64,000 nucleotides of DNA from a virus. Location of the stretch: positions 1-64,000 of the IMG/VR virus record IMGVR_UViG_3300034121_001409, one strand, 5' to 3'. The notes under the pieces were generated by a model. It worked only from the letters and a program-made list of their open reading frames with translations, was not told where the DNA came from and made no database searches. The position numbers were made by a program, and so were the translations under genes. Within the stretch, counting starts at the first letter, position 1; every line of letters starts with the position of its first letter. Shown here in pieces: positions 35,101 to 44,614 of this stretch.

Positions 35101-36937
35101 GTGCTATCAAATGGCTTCCAACACGAAGCATAAAAGTTTTACCCTTTGGTACATTCTTTATTTCAAATGTACTGTATACTTTTTTATCGTTAGCTGCATC
35201 AAGCCATTGTTGGTGAGAGTCTTTATCGTTTATTTTATAGACATTTGTCTCAGAACCGGCTATTGTATCCATAGCGGCTTGTTGTATAGAAATATCATAA
35301 TATTCTGTACCAGCTAAATAAACAGTAAAACCACCCATCGGGATAACCTGTTTATGTGCCTTACAAGAATCTTTATCATACCTGTTTCCTATATCCCTAT
35401 TGCAAGAGCCAAAATAAAACTCCTCTCCATTGTCAGACCACACAGGCTGATAGTTAAATTTTGTACTATCACCTGAAACTTGGATTCTTTGTTTATGAAA
35501 ATTTCTGATTCTTATCTTTCCTTTGATTGTAACCGTCTCTTTTATGCACTCAACTATAGGTTCATAGCTCACATTAACCTTAGCATCCACACAGTCGATA
35601 TTATTATAATTCTCTAAGCAGGTTGCTGTGTAATTCCTGTCATCGACTACGGTTTCACATAATGCTTTTATTGGAACATAATTATGTGGTCTGTATGCAT
35701 CATCGTCATCTATAACAGGATAAGAACCGTCATTTTTAAACACAAATTTCTGAGCAGGAAACGTAAGGTCACAAACCTCTATCTTCTCTATGCTTTTAAA
35801 TTTACCTGAATTACCCTCCCTGAACAGTATTTCAACGTATTTGATATCAGACAGGTATTTCTCTGTCTGTAAAATTGAGTCGCTAAAATCTATCTCTATG
35901 GCGTTTGAAGAAAAGATATTCTGACCACATTTTTGTGGTTGTGCCACTACAGCAGAAAACGGACTTGTTGTTGTCTTCTGTGAATCCCAATAAATATACC
36001 GAACAGAAAATTGAAAATACTTACCCTGTATGTAATTAAACTCAAAATCCGGTGCTGCTTTTAATACTGCATTAGGAGCGTATAAAGGTGGTCTCTTCTC
36101 AAGGTTTATTGCAAATTCATCCCAATTCTTGTGATACCTGTTTGCCGGTAAATTAAAAAATGTTTCACCATTCGTTGCTGTAATTTCTATCCACTTATCT
36201 CCTTCTTCGTAGAACTCTATTTCTAATTTACAACCACCACAATCATCTGCCTTTAAATAACTCGCCAATACTGCATTGTTATTTATTGCATTTTCTAATC
36301 TGAGATATAAATTTTGTTTATCGTTTATTTTCCTGTCTAAATCAAGCGGCAGCAATGTTTGTGTTGTCACCTGTACTCCATTATTATAAACCTTAACCGT
36401 ATAATAAGTTCCTGCTTTATTAAAATCAGCAGAAGAAGCTATGATATTAAACGACACTTTTTTATTAAACAGGTACGCTCTTTTTTTATCAATATACCTG
36501 AGTGGATTTCCCACTATCGTATCACCACTTTCTTTTCCATCTGTCCACTGAAGTATAACACCGTCAATTAATGACGGATGTGTTATCATCCAATCCTTGT
36601 TGAATTTAAAATCCCCAACCAATAACTCTACGATATCATTCTGCTCTGAACGATATGTCAATATCCGGTGTTTACCCAAACTGTTCCAAACAAAAAAATC
36701 TACACTCTTATTTACTTTATCTTCGATTCTTCCTATCGTGATATTATCACCCTGTGGAAGCTGATAAGGAACTAAAACATTTCCCATTACATTAACAGCA
36801 CCACCCCAATTCCCATTAGTAGTTCTTGTGTTGCGCATATTCAATGCATACCGGTAATCACCTTCCGGTATATCATTCAAATGGGTATCAAAATTGACAC
36901 CCCCTGAGAAAATTATATTTTGATTTACTCTTGGCAT
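32147..36937 (-). CDS. Tail nozzle / tubular protein B-like (stabilization) protein
   Basis: N-terminal F.GG.N.D....IPEGDYRYALNMR and C-terminal GTQNPES, W.TFYSYIP motifs typical of podovirus nozzles. Confidence 0.75.
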   Translation of the reverse strand: MPRVNQNIIFSGGVNFDTHLNDIPEGDYRYALNMRNTRTTNGNWGGAVNVMGNVLVPYQLPQGDNITIGRIEDKVNKSVDFFVWNSLGKHRILTYRSEQNDIVELLVGDFKFNKDWMITHPSLIDGVILQWTDGKESGDTIVGNPLRYIDKKRAYLFNKKVSFNIIASSADFNKAGTYYTVKVYNNGVQVTTQTLLPLDLDRKINDKQNLYLRLENAINNNAVLASYLKADDCGGCKLEIEFYEEGDKWIEITATNGETFFNLPANRYHKNWDEFAINLEKRPPLYAPNAVLKAAPDFEFNYIQGKYFQFSVRYIYWDSQKTTTSPFSAVVAQPQKCGQNIFSSNAIEIDFSDSILQTEKYLSDIKYVEILFREGNSGKFKSIEKIEVCDLTFPAQKFVFKNDGSYPVIDDDDAYRPHNYVPIKALCETVVDDRNYTATCLENYNNIDCVDAKVNVSYEPIVECIKETVTIKGKIRIRNFHKQRIQVSGDSTKFNYQPVWSDNGEEFYFGSCNRDIGNRYDKDSCKAHKQVIPMGGFTVYLAGTEYYDISIQQAAMDTIAGSETNVYKINDKDSHQQWLDAANDKKVYSTFEIKNVPKGKTFMLRVGSHLIAPDDRYGSIYNINNGIAWQRTSSYLNRMAEQDITEVQINTGTAVNGVIEVPDFLEIMDFTTNAIGNDFGAALYVIDAVTSHNGDIEDLKSGQSIECADVVVRNFNDSGVIGAKSLVSSPNNKADHNGFYFYSIGDVGLANALDAKFRVTTGGKSIKWSDEAFYKGNLGALYSGSLSSVITAELSSGSIDDFIVYNRTPSVSDFRRTFIQGTIVDQNGDPLTGIGVVSSRCGRIAYTDRFGVFRLMVYTIDSSLYRGDIVMLISKDDCCPKFFSNLTVYIINQFGEGVGKYNAENPFVINRVFEGIINTPKGAIWKHRNNVHLGIKYYEDYAKSTKVQTSDSLKTYIPFWTEDNGNKGLPVVSWEINHLPPPMAVMYQIVRIKNPIYNKYQQFIINEARYIKSFGTGGAAIQETSFEGGDATEIYISLQSLVDYGKDNSSSVLTWEFQKEDRVTLMKDEKGVWFDKYYDVRVENDRTDTLFDSTYLVIKNDSTLPKLQKGVTIEAWNPKSESTQDIFYEITECYPIVNGKHGAGYNGQTQTDSQPAKGVLKFGDSYFVNRKMPIVVYDESTPPEPPPIDTKETLSGIYESEYMHENNADSRVQSIGRFDVEDKDYKQAVYNRTRFSGRYIAQTNINELNRFMSSDYVKDANGTEIDKTFGYVMFLGYTANVLLAVCKFKTVPIYINATQTYEVDGSGSTLMKSSRIANLALPIKEDRGTQNPESVVIENGELYAWDVSKGVYWRYQYSGIFDISDYDANTYWSSVAKQLASSADKRVIASYDRANDEMIVTIPALTETISFNNTFRGEMRKNRWMTFYSYIPDTMSPVHRSFVSFRDGALWVHDKNPNRGSFYGALNPCGIDAVVNISPTSKKDFMHIREIGNALFIAPDKGIVVSGQEGSILQYSQLNAAHFVQEEGDWRADFLRNMNDRNFSDIADVQQRETTALLRGEILKGNTMLIRLRNFEQKEVILYSINVELTDSQTTK

Positions 36938-36938
36938 A

Positions 36939-37715
36939 TTACCTCTTAATTCCTAAATGCTTGTATCCTGATATTGCAGCCTCCCATTCTTCCGGTGTCA
37001 TTTTATTATACAGCCGGACTAAAGCCTGTTCTTCTGATTCTGATTTCGATGTGTTCCACTGTTTCAATCTTGCATCACCAAACTTTGCCTGTACTGCATA
37101 ATCCAACATCTCCCAGCACTCAAGCGGAACAACGATGCCTCCATTAATTTTCTGCATAGAAGATTTGTATGTCAATACAATCTCGCTATCCGGTTCAATG
37201 TTTGATTTTGGGTCAAACACTATCCTATCTTTATCATACTCAAACTTAAACCATCCTACTCTTGTTTGGTATGGTCTTGATGTGTAATTCGTGTACTCTA
37301 ACGGTTGCTGATTGTTTCCATAATAATTAGGGAAGCTACAGAACGAACAGGAAGAATATCCGGTAGAAGGATTGCCAAAGTCCACAGAATGCTCTGTAGG
37401 TGCTTCAGGAGGGCAAGAACAGGCTGCATCGGCACTTGGTGTACATAATTCATCATTGTAATAAAAAGCCGCTATATGACCATTTATACACACTCCGACC
37501 TTTATTGGTTTCACGCAATCATTCGGAAGCATTGCTGTATAGTTATTAGACACCCTTAAATTTGTAGAACGGTAATAAGGGCTGTCATGGAAAATATTAA
37601 ATCTCTCCAATTTTTTGACAACAACTTTCATCACATCAACATATCTTTTATGTTGGTGGTCACCTATAGATTCACAAAGGTCATTAACGGTTATATCTAA
37701 AGCCCTGTATCTCAT
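36939..37715 (-). CDS. Tail ring / adaptor protein
   Basis: LPNDCV...KVG motif; lies just before the nozzle gene. Confidence 0.6.
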   Translation of the reverse strand: MRYRALDITVNDLCESIGDHQHKRYVDVMKVVVKKLERFNIFHDSPYYRSTNLRVSNNYTAMLPNDCVKPIKVGVCINGHIAAFYYNDELCTPSADAACSCPPEAPTEHSVDFGNPSTGYSSCSFCSFPNYYGNNQQPLEYTNYTSRPYQTRVGWFKFEYDKDRIVFDPKSNIEPDSEIVLTYKSSMQKINGGIVVPLECWEMLDYAVQAKFGDARLKQWNTSKSESEEQALVRLYNKMTPEEWEAAISGYKHLGIKR

Positions 37716-38347
37716 TGTTGATTTTTATCTTTACTAAAATCTACTAATTTATCGTCTGTTTTTAAATCCTGCCCTGCAAACCAATTGTATGTATTGGCAA
37801 TAACCTTCTCTTCAAAACCTAAAGGAACCGGAACTTCATCTTCATCACTCAGGTCTGTAAATGATGATATCATCATAACCAAAACAGAAGTTACAACAGG
37901 AGATAAATTTTTAAAATAAGCCTTGTATCCTTCTATCCAATAAAATGTTGTTCTTCCAATAATATCATCATACCCACGTAATTTCATTCTATTGTTTGTG
38001 TAGTAAAACTCCACATCATCACCCTGCATTGGAAGTATTCCATTAACTCCCATACTCTCTAATAAACTTATAGGCTTAGCCGGAAAATCAATGTACTTTA
38101 AATTTCTGTTTACATTTCTCTTTACTTCCACATCTTCATACGTTGATATGAATTGGTCAGGAAGTAGTGATGAAATATTCAACATATCTTTTACAGAAAG
38201 GTTGGTGAAATAATTCTCCCTGATGGTTGTATTAATAGCAGCTGGAAGGTAAGCTCTTATGTCTACCCTTTTGACATCACGCTCCAATCCCAAGCGACCT
38301 GCGAGGATTTTCTGATATACCAATTCTACTATTACACCTACTTTCAT
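37712..38347 (-). CDS. Tail ring / adaptor protein
   Basis: One of three similar-sized genes between capsid and nozzle; D.EVPVP motif. Confidence 0.55.
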   Translation of the reverse strand: MKVGVIVELVYQKILAGRLGLERDVKRVDIRAYLPAAINTTIRENYFTNLSVKDMLNISSLLPDQFISTYEDVEVKRNVNRNLKYIDFPAKPISLLESMGVNGILPMQGDDVEFYYTNNRMKLRGYDDIIGRTTFYWIEGYKAYFKNLSPVVTSVLVMMISSFTDLSDEDEVPVPLGFEEKVIANTYNWFAGQDLKTDDKLVDFSKDKNQQ

Positions 38348-39024
38348 TATTTGCTAATTTGCATTTTTTGCATTGCGAAATTCAACAACTCACTATCTCT
38401 TATACTCACACCTTTGTGAAATAAAACAAGGTCAATAATATCTGTTGTTTCTTGCTCGTTCCACATTAAATCTACTGAAGATGGGTCATAAACTTCTACT
38501 TGATTATTAAAATCTATAGTTGTTTTATATTCACCGTAAGTCGGGTTAATCAGATATTTAAAAAGAACGCTTCCTGTTAAGGTATTAGGTCTGATTCTTA
38601 TTCTGTCAGACAACTGAGTCCAATATAATAATCCATTCTCTAATGACGGCTTTCTGATAGCAGAAACCATAGTATCCCTCTCCTCATTTGTTTGCAGTTT
38701 ATCCATTAATATTTCAGCAGATATAGGTTCCTTGCACTCGGGTGATGATTTGGTGTACTTATACACCATCTCTAATGGATGTCTGTACTTTAATGGATAC
38801 TGAATAAACCCATCAAATATAGGAAGCTCAACCTCTCTGACGAATGGATTTAATGCATCAGAAATCTTTTGAGTCTCCTCAAATTTTTTATACAGAAATT
38901 CCATGAACATATTTTCACTGTCCTTTAAATCTCCGTTAAAATCCTCTGTGGTAGAATATCCGGCTTGATTCTTTCTTGACAGGGTTTTATTAACCCTATC
39001 GTGTATGTATTTTACTAATACCAT
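38347..39024 (-). CDS. Tail ring / adaptor protein
   Basis: KNQAGYST.EDFN N-terminal motif; L.PF, YP..Y and Y...P pattern. Confidence 0.6.
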   Translation of the reverse strand: MVLVKYIHDRVNKTLSRKNQAGYSTTEDFNGDLKDSENMFMEFLYKKFEETQKISDALNPFVREVELPIFDGFIQYPLKYRHPLEMVYKYTKSSPECKEPISAEILMDKLQTNEERDTMVSAIRKPSLENGLLYWTQLSDRIRIRPNTLTGSVLFKYLINPTYGEYKTTIDFNNQVEVYDPSSVDLMWNEQETTDIIDLVLFHKGVSIRDSELLNFAMQKMQISK

Positions 39025-41636
39025 TATATCTCATCAATTGTGAATGTAGTGGCTAATCCTGTTTGTGAACCCGAAGCTGCGTTAATTGGTCTTGGTATAT
39101 TACCTGTTATATTTGCAAGGTGTATATTTCCAAGAGCATCTTCAAATGATATCGTAAATGTTATTGTTCTAACCGGTGTCGGGTTTGAATCATCTAATGC
39201 ATCTATCATACTACCAGCAACAACACCGCCTAACAACTGATTATAATACAACACTTCCTCAAATCGTGCAGGTGAATAATTCACAAACAACATTCTGTTA
39301 GCAGGTGCTGCATCTTCTACATATATACTAACTGATACAATTCTTGGGTCTACAATATCTGCACCATAAGTCTCAAGATGTAACATCCAAAACAACTTAG
39401 TTCCGTCTGCTATATCCATAAAATCCCATGTGGTTCCTGCGAAATCTGCATCAAGAACAACCGGAGTACAACAAGCGTCAACTCTGTCTGTTAAGTTTGA
39501 AATCAATGTATTTTGTGTTGTGTTCTGTGACAACAAATAAGCAACATTGTTTGCCAACTCAGTAAGACCTAAAGCATTGAACTCACAAACCTTATCTAAC
39601 AACCACTGTACAACATCAGACTCTACAGGGTCAGGAGGTAAATCATCTGCGGCACAAGAGGTATCAATGCCTCCCATGAATCCTTCATTTGCATTTGTAT
39701 CCAATCTAAGGTTAGTGTCAGGTTCATATACCTCAATAGCACAAGCCTCTCCTGTAGATGTTTCAGAATAAACCCACATTACAACTCTTATTGTAAACTC
39801 TACTCCTGTATACTCATAAGGAATAGTAACAACAGTAGGTGGTGTTGGTGAGTTTTCTCCGGCAACAGGAGACATTGACAGCAAAGTGTTTCCATCAGCG
39901 TCAAGGATAGATATATAATAAGAAACAGATGTTGGTACATTTGTTCCATAATTGGTTTGATTTGCAAGTGAAATAACCGGATTGTTTTCATCGTTTATGT
40001 AACCTGACATTGTGTACAATGCATTAACAATACCACAAGCCACAGGAGTTATTGGATTTACAATAATAGTTACTGTTGCTGTGGATGTCTGACCATAAGC
40101 ATCTTCTAATGTATACTCTATAATTTCTGTACCATTCCAACCCTCGTTTGGTGTGTAAGTTAAAATACCACCGGCTTCCACATTAGCATTTCCATTTGTC
40201 GGTGCGCCTGTTATTGTTACAGTTGTAGCCGAAGGCTGTACATCATTTTGGAAAATATCGTAAATTAATTGTGTATCCTGATTTATAGAAGAGTAATCAT
40301 TTCTCGCTAATGGTGGAGGTGGTACTTCACAGGCATTGTTTATCAACTCCTGTATAACATCTTTTGCAGTTACTATACCTGAACCAAGACCCAAGCAACT
40401 TAAATCTAAACCTTCGAATGCTTCGTTTAATATTTCGTCTGCATTAGCTGCTAATACATAGGTTGTAATATTAGGGGAAGAAGTTACCGCAGTAACTGTA
40501 ATTGTTCCATCGTTGTTTGCCACCCTAACATCACGAAGCGCATTTAATAAATCTAAGAAATTTTGTGATAAAGATACAGTATATGTTGTATTATCTCCAT
40601 CTACCGCAGGAGTTACAACAATAGGATAAGAACCTGATATTGCTACATTATTTCCGGTAGGTGCTATTGCTTCTATCAACACAGGACTATCTGTGCTTCC
40701 ACATCCACAATCACAATCCAACATATCCTTTAGTACGTTATAATGTTTCACAACATTAGTTTTATTGCCACAAGAACGTGCAACTTCCATAGATATATAC
40801 TCAGTTTGAATAAGCTCTATCCGGTCAAGTAAATCTATATTATTTGACAATCCACCTTGTCTGCTTCCTTGTTTTTTAATTTGGTCGAACTCCTTTGTAA
40901 TGCATTTATATAAAGAACATAAATTCACATCACAAGTAGCTTCAGCAGTTGTATATACATACACATATTCAACTATAGTAAAATTCATATCGCCTTCTAT
41001 CACCGGATGTTCCACCACAGCAGATAATGTAGCCTCCCAAACTCCTGTCCATAATGCATCAGAGATTATAGCTGAAGATAATACTGTTTTATAATTTGAT
41101 GCTGCGGTTCCATTGCTATATCTTGAACCCAATGGAGGTCTTAATGTTATTTCTCTGTCTAAAACACTTCCACTTGCATATTTTGTTGTATCTTTTGCTA
41201 CAGCTAATGCAGAATCACAATTGATTTCTAATTTTAAAGAACCTTCGGTTTTGCAATCACAATTACTATCACAAACTAATACAGAAACTTCTATACTTTC
41301 ATAAATTATACCTGTGTCATCATTTTTTACATGGTACGATATTTTATATATACCGTTAAGTATTGCTCCCAAGCTATCCAATGGGATATTTAATTCATCA
41401 AACTCCAATGATGTACTTTGAACAATATCAGGAGTACCAAAATTTCCCTGATGCAAAACAACACCTGTAGGTGATTTCACAATAAAATAACCCGACATAT
41501 CTGCTAATGTATATCCGGTATAATCTACTTCATCTTTTAGTGTAATTGTTCTAAAATTCGTGTTAGGTGTACCATCTACATTTTTGTGTGCAAGGTCAAA
41601 GACACCACTGAATTTTATATTATTATTAGTGAGCAT
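39024..41636 (-). CDS. Cys-rich structural protein with a bacterial Ig-like (Big_9/cadherin-like) domain
   Basis: PLARND...ND...P.NG...LTYTPNEGWNGTE.IEYTLED..G.TSTATVTIIV; CDCGCG motif. Confidence 0.7.
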   Translation of the reverse strand: MLTNNNIKFSGVFDLAHKNVDGTPNTNFRTITLKDEVDYTGYTLADMSGYFIVKSPTGVVLHQGNFGTPDIVQSTSLEFDELNIPLDSLGAILNGIYKISYHVKNDDTGIIYESIEVSVLVCDSNCDCKTEGSLKLEINCDSALAVAKDTTKYASGSVLDREITLRPPLGSRYSNGTAASNYKTVLSSAIISDALWTGVWEATLSAVVEHPVIEGDMNFTIVEYVYVYTTAEATCDVNLCSLYKCITKEFDQIKKQGSRQGGLSNNIDLLDRIELIQTEYISMEVARSCGNKTNVVKHYNVLKDMLDCDCGCGSTDSPVLIEAIAPTGNNVAISGSYPIVVTPAVDGDNTTYTVSLSQNFLDLLNALRDVRVANNDGTITVTAVTSSPNITTYVLAANADEILNEAFEGLDLSCLGLGSGIVTAKDVIQELINNACEVPPPPLARNDYSSINQDTQLIYDIFQNDVQPSATTVTITGAPTNGNANVEAGGILTYTPNEGWNGTEIIEYTLEDAYGQTSTATVTIIVNPITPVACGIVNALYTMSGYINDENNPVISLANQTNYGTNVPTSVSYYISILDADGNTLLSMSPVAGENSPTPPTVVTIPYEYTGVEFTIRVVMWVYSETSTGEACAIEVYEPDTNLRLDTNANEGFMGGIDTSCAADDLPPDPVESDVVQWLLDKVCEFNALGLTELANNVAYLLSQNTTQNTLISNLTDRVDACCTPVVLDADFAGTTWDFMDIADGTKLFWMLHLETYGADIVDPRIVSVSIYVEDAAPANRMLFVNYSPARFEEVLYYNQLLGGVVAGSMIDALDDSNPTPVRTITFTISFEDALGNIHLANITGNIPRPINAASGSQTGLATTFTIDEI

Positions 41637-41652
41637 TTTTTGTAATTTGAAA

Positions 41653-41660
41653 CAAAGTTA
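41653..41660 (-). promoter_or_regulatory. -7 promoter box TAACTTTG
   Basis: Consensus match between the terminator and ATG 41636. Confidence 0.65.
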
Positions 41661-41692
41661 AATAAAAAGAGCCTATAATAAAATAGGCTCTT
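41661..41692 (-). terminator. Intrinsic terminator
   Basis: aagagcctat/ataggctctt 10-bp stem followed by a T-rich tail on the minus strand. Confidence 0.75.
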
Positions 41693-41716
41693 GCAATTAT
41701 ACTACTAACTGTTTAT

Positions 41717-42898
41717 TTATAGTTTGCTCAATATCTCCGGATTTGATTCGATTGCTTCTTTTGCAAGTGCAACCCAATCTTCTTTTGTCGCTTCAACAAG
41801 GTCTCCTCCGTTGTCTTTGGATATTTTCTTACCATCTTTATACAACTCCACAATACCTCTCATTGGGTTAAAACGGATAGATTTGTTGTTTATAAACTCT
41901 TCCACTTTCGCTTCGATTCCAACAGGTGTCAATGGCGTATTCGCTTCTTCCTTACCCTCTTCTTGCGGCTCTAATGTTTGTTTCTTTTTAGCAGAAACCT
42001 GTCCGGCAGTAATCGAGTTCTTGTTGTTATATTCGTTCTTTAAGAAATCATACGTTGATGGGCTTGATTTTAATGCAGAAGTTAACGCTGCTAAATCATC
42101 CTGACCTCTTCCGATATCAGCTACAGGGTCTCCCTTCTTGTCACCAAAGTTTATTCTCCACTCCCTTCTGCCTGAGAACTCCTTTACCTCTACCAATTTG
42201 GCTTCAACAAATTTCTGTGAATCTGCTTTTACATTTACATCTGAAGAGCTAAACTCAGCTACGAATTTATCTACATCCTCACGCACCCTTTTAGCCACCT
42301 CTGAGCGAACAATAGACTCGCTTAATACAAACGCCTGTTTTCTTCCTTTAGATTGCAAATAAGCCTGTAATTTCTCCAATGGTGCTTCTCTTAATACATG
42401 GGTCTCCCATTTATTAATCTTCAACATTGAATCCATATCTGAGTTTGCTATATTCTGTGGATTGAATAATTTATATCTTGGCGATGTTGTTTTATACAAA
42501 GAGTCTGCACAATCCGGATACATCAATAAATATGCAGCTAAATCAAGTTTGTTTTTTGGAACCAACTTGTTGCTTTTAATGAAAATTAATTCTTTGTTTT
42601 TTACAGGGCTGATATCCTGCTCCTGAAACCCACCACGATTAAATGATTTAATTTGAGTACAATAAGCATATGTTATTGTTGACTCCGGTGTGTTTACAGT
42701 AAACTTTGTTTCTAAAATCGTCTTATTTCTAAAGACTACCTTTTTTTGGAAGTGGTCTTTTTGACCATTCATTTTAAAGTCAAACCCACTACTGTGATGT
42801 TTGCTTATTGGGAAACCTAATGCTTTCTCGATTATGTCTTTTACTTCCGTTCCGGAAACTTCTTCCCAATTTCCAATACCTACTTTCTTAACTAACAT
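41717..42898 (-). CDS. Hypothetical protein downstream of the major capsid gene
   Basis: 393-aa ORF in the structural block. Confidence 0.6.
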   Translation of the reverse strand: MLVKKVGIGNWEEVSGTEVKDIIEKALGFPISKHHSSGFDFKMNGQKDHFQKKVVFRNKTILETKFTVNTPESTITYAYCTQIKSFNRGGFQEQDISPVKNKELIFIKSNKLVPKNKLDLAAYLLMYPDCADSLYKTTSPRYKLFNPQNIANSDMDSMLKINKWETHVLREAPLEKLQAYLQSKGRKQAFVLSESIVRSEVAKRVREDVDKFVAEFSSSDVNVKADSQKFVEAKLVEVKEFSGRREWRINFGDKKGDPVADIGRGQDDLAALTSALKSSPSTYDFLKNEYNNKNSITAGQVSAKKKQTLEPQEEGKEEANTPLTPVGIEAKVEEFINNKSIRFNPMRGIVELYKDGKKISKDNGGDLVEATKEDWVALAKEAIESNPEILSKL

Positions 42899-42918
42899 GA
42901 TTTTTAATTTATTTTCTT

Positions 42919-42959
42919 AAAAAATAAAAAGGCAGGGTAACACTTGCTACCCTGCTTTT
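42919..42959 (-). terminator. Intrinsic terminator after the major capsid gene
   Basis: gcagggta/taccctgc stem with T-tracts on both strands. Confidence 0.8.
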
Positions 42960-42972
42960 GTTTATTATTATA

Positions 42973-44583
42973 CTATACTGAAGAACTTGAAGTTTCAATA
43001 GCCGGATGTCCGAGAACGAACAAGTTGGCTGATGCAGCCCATCCTCCGAACTCACCTCTGAAGTGGATTCGTGATACGTCAAAGTCATCAGTTGGTTTTT
43101 TAACCAGCTGCTCTCCGGCACTACCTGTAGAGAAGATTTCCACCTCTCTTGTGTAAGAGCCTTTCTTAGCGTACACATATCCCCAATATGGCATCTCTGC
43201 TCCGTTGTATTCTGCTCCGAATTGCTCATTCATAGAGGCTGTAGTAGCCTGATTCTTGAACGTTCCGATTGGCATCAACAGGTACATATTTCTGTATGTA
43301 TAAGAAGCACCGCCTAACATTTCAGGGTCATCGAAAGAAGTCACATATTTAAAGTGATACTTTCTTGGAGATGGCATCAATGATACTGATTGGAAACCTA
43401 CAGCAACAGCTAATGCATTAGACTCATCCGGTGTTAAATTACCGTAGAGTTCGCCTGATACATATTTGTTTTCAGAATCAGTTCCTACATAATCTTTCAA
43501 CACTTCTCTCAGTTCCTGACCGAATGGCGCACCATATGTCCACGCATAGTTGTATGGAGCATTTTCTGCATCCAACAGGTCATTGGTTTGGTCAAAATCT
43601 GACATTCCAAATGCACCTACAGTGTATGGGTTAGTGTTACCGTTCTGAGCAACAAATGGATACAATCCCTGAGTTGTACGAACCGCAATGCCTTCTAAAT
43701 CCGGCTCTACTACAGAAGCATCGTTTTCGAAGTAGTTATCATTCAGAGTACCGAATGCAATCGCACCATCTCTTGACAGCTTCAATCTGCGTTCTGCTTC
43801 TTCTGCGCCTAACACTTCATAAGATACCATTTTTTGTCCATCGAACTCAAATGGGAACTCCTGAATCTGATATGCACGAACATAAGAAGAACCTGTCTTG
43901 CTGTCATCATCTTTAATGATTTGTAATTGATTCTTGTAGGTAGCCCATCTTGAGTTGATACCTCGTCTTTGCTTACTTCCTTCAGCATTGGCATTTGAGA
44001 TAACAGCTATAGTGTTTCCGGCTCCCTGTCCGACTCCACCTAACAAACTTATTAAATCCACACTTGCATCATTTGGCACACAAGTAATTTCCAATGTTCC
44101 CATTGGAGCCTGTGAGATACCTGTTACCCAAGCATTCACGAATGTTGTGTGATTAATTTGGAAGTGTAAAATATCCTTTGTACGAGCATAAGATGATTTG
44201 ATACCATTGCTTCCTGTATAAACAGTAGATGGGTCTAATTGGAAAGTGATAGCTGCGCCATCTCCACCTGCACCTGCGTATCCATCTTCTGATACAACCA
44301 ATGCCTGTACGGTACGGTCTTTTTCAAAGTGACCATACTCACCATTTTCTCCGGCTACTACCGGAATTTGAAAACCTAAATATTTGATTAAGTCAGCGAA
44401 GAAGAACTTATCTGTTCTTGGATGACGATTTACCGCATTTGGTAAATATACAGGTTTGAACATTTCTCTGTCGAAAGAAGAAATTAGCTGTGTGTTCCAC
44501 ACACCTGCGGATATTGCCGAAGGTTTTAAGTTAATTGGGGCTACTACCGGAGTGTCACCAATTTTGTATACGCTTACTGCCAT
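42973..44583 (-). CDS. Major capsid protein
   Basis: Follows portal and scaffold; N.LQIIK, E....LK...D.A..FG and TTQGL motifs; strongly biased codons; terminator downstream. Confidence 0.8.
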   Translation of the reverse strand: MAVSVYKIGDTPVVAPINLKPSAISAGVWNTQLISSFDREMFKPVYLPNAVNRHPRTDKFFFADLIKYLGFQIPVVAGENGEYGHFEKDRTVQALVVSEDGYAGAGGDGAAITFQLDPSTVYTGSNGIKSSYARTKDILHFQINHTTFVNAWVTGISQAPMGTLEITCVPNDASVDLISLLGGVGQGAGNTIAVISNANAEGSKQRRGINSRWATYKNQLQIIKDDDSKTGSSYVRAYQIQEFPFEFDGQKMVSYEVLGAEEAERRLKLSRDGAIAFGTLNDNYFENDASVVEPDLEGIAVRTTQGLYPFVAQNGNTNPYTVGAFGMSDFDQTNDLLDAENAPYNYAWTYGAPFGQELREVLKDYVGTDSENKYVSGELYGNLTPDESNALAVAVGFQSVSLMPSPRKYHFKYVTSFDDPEMLGGASYTYRNMYLLMPIGTFKNQATTASMNEQFGAEYNGAEMPYWGYVYAKKGSYTREVEIFSTGSAGEQLVKKPTDDFDVSRIHFRGEFGGWAASANLFVLGHPAIETSSSSV

Positions 44584-44614
44584 GTTGTTTGTTTTTTATG
44601 TTGTTTTTAATTTT

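Noticed and set aside
42909-43229. Same-strand alternate-frame ORF overlapping the capsid 3' end (possible frameshift extension)
   Set aside because: It extends only ~20 codons past the capsid stop and runs through the terminator hairpin; no convincing slippery site was identified
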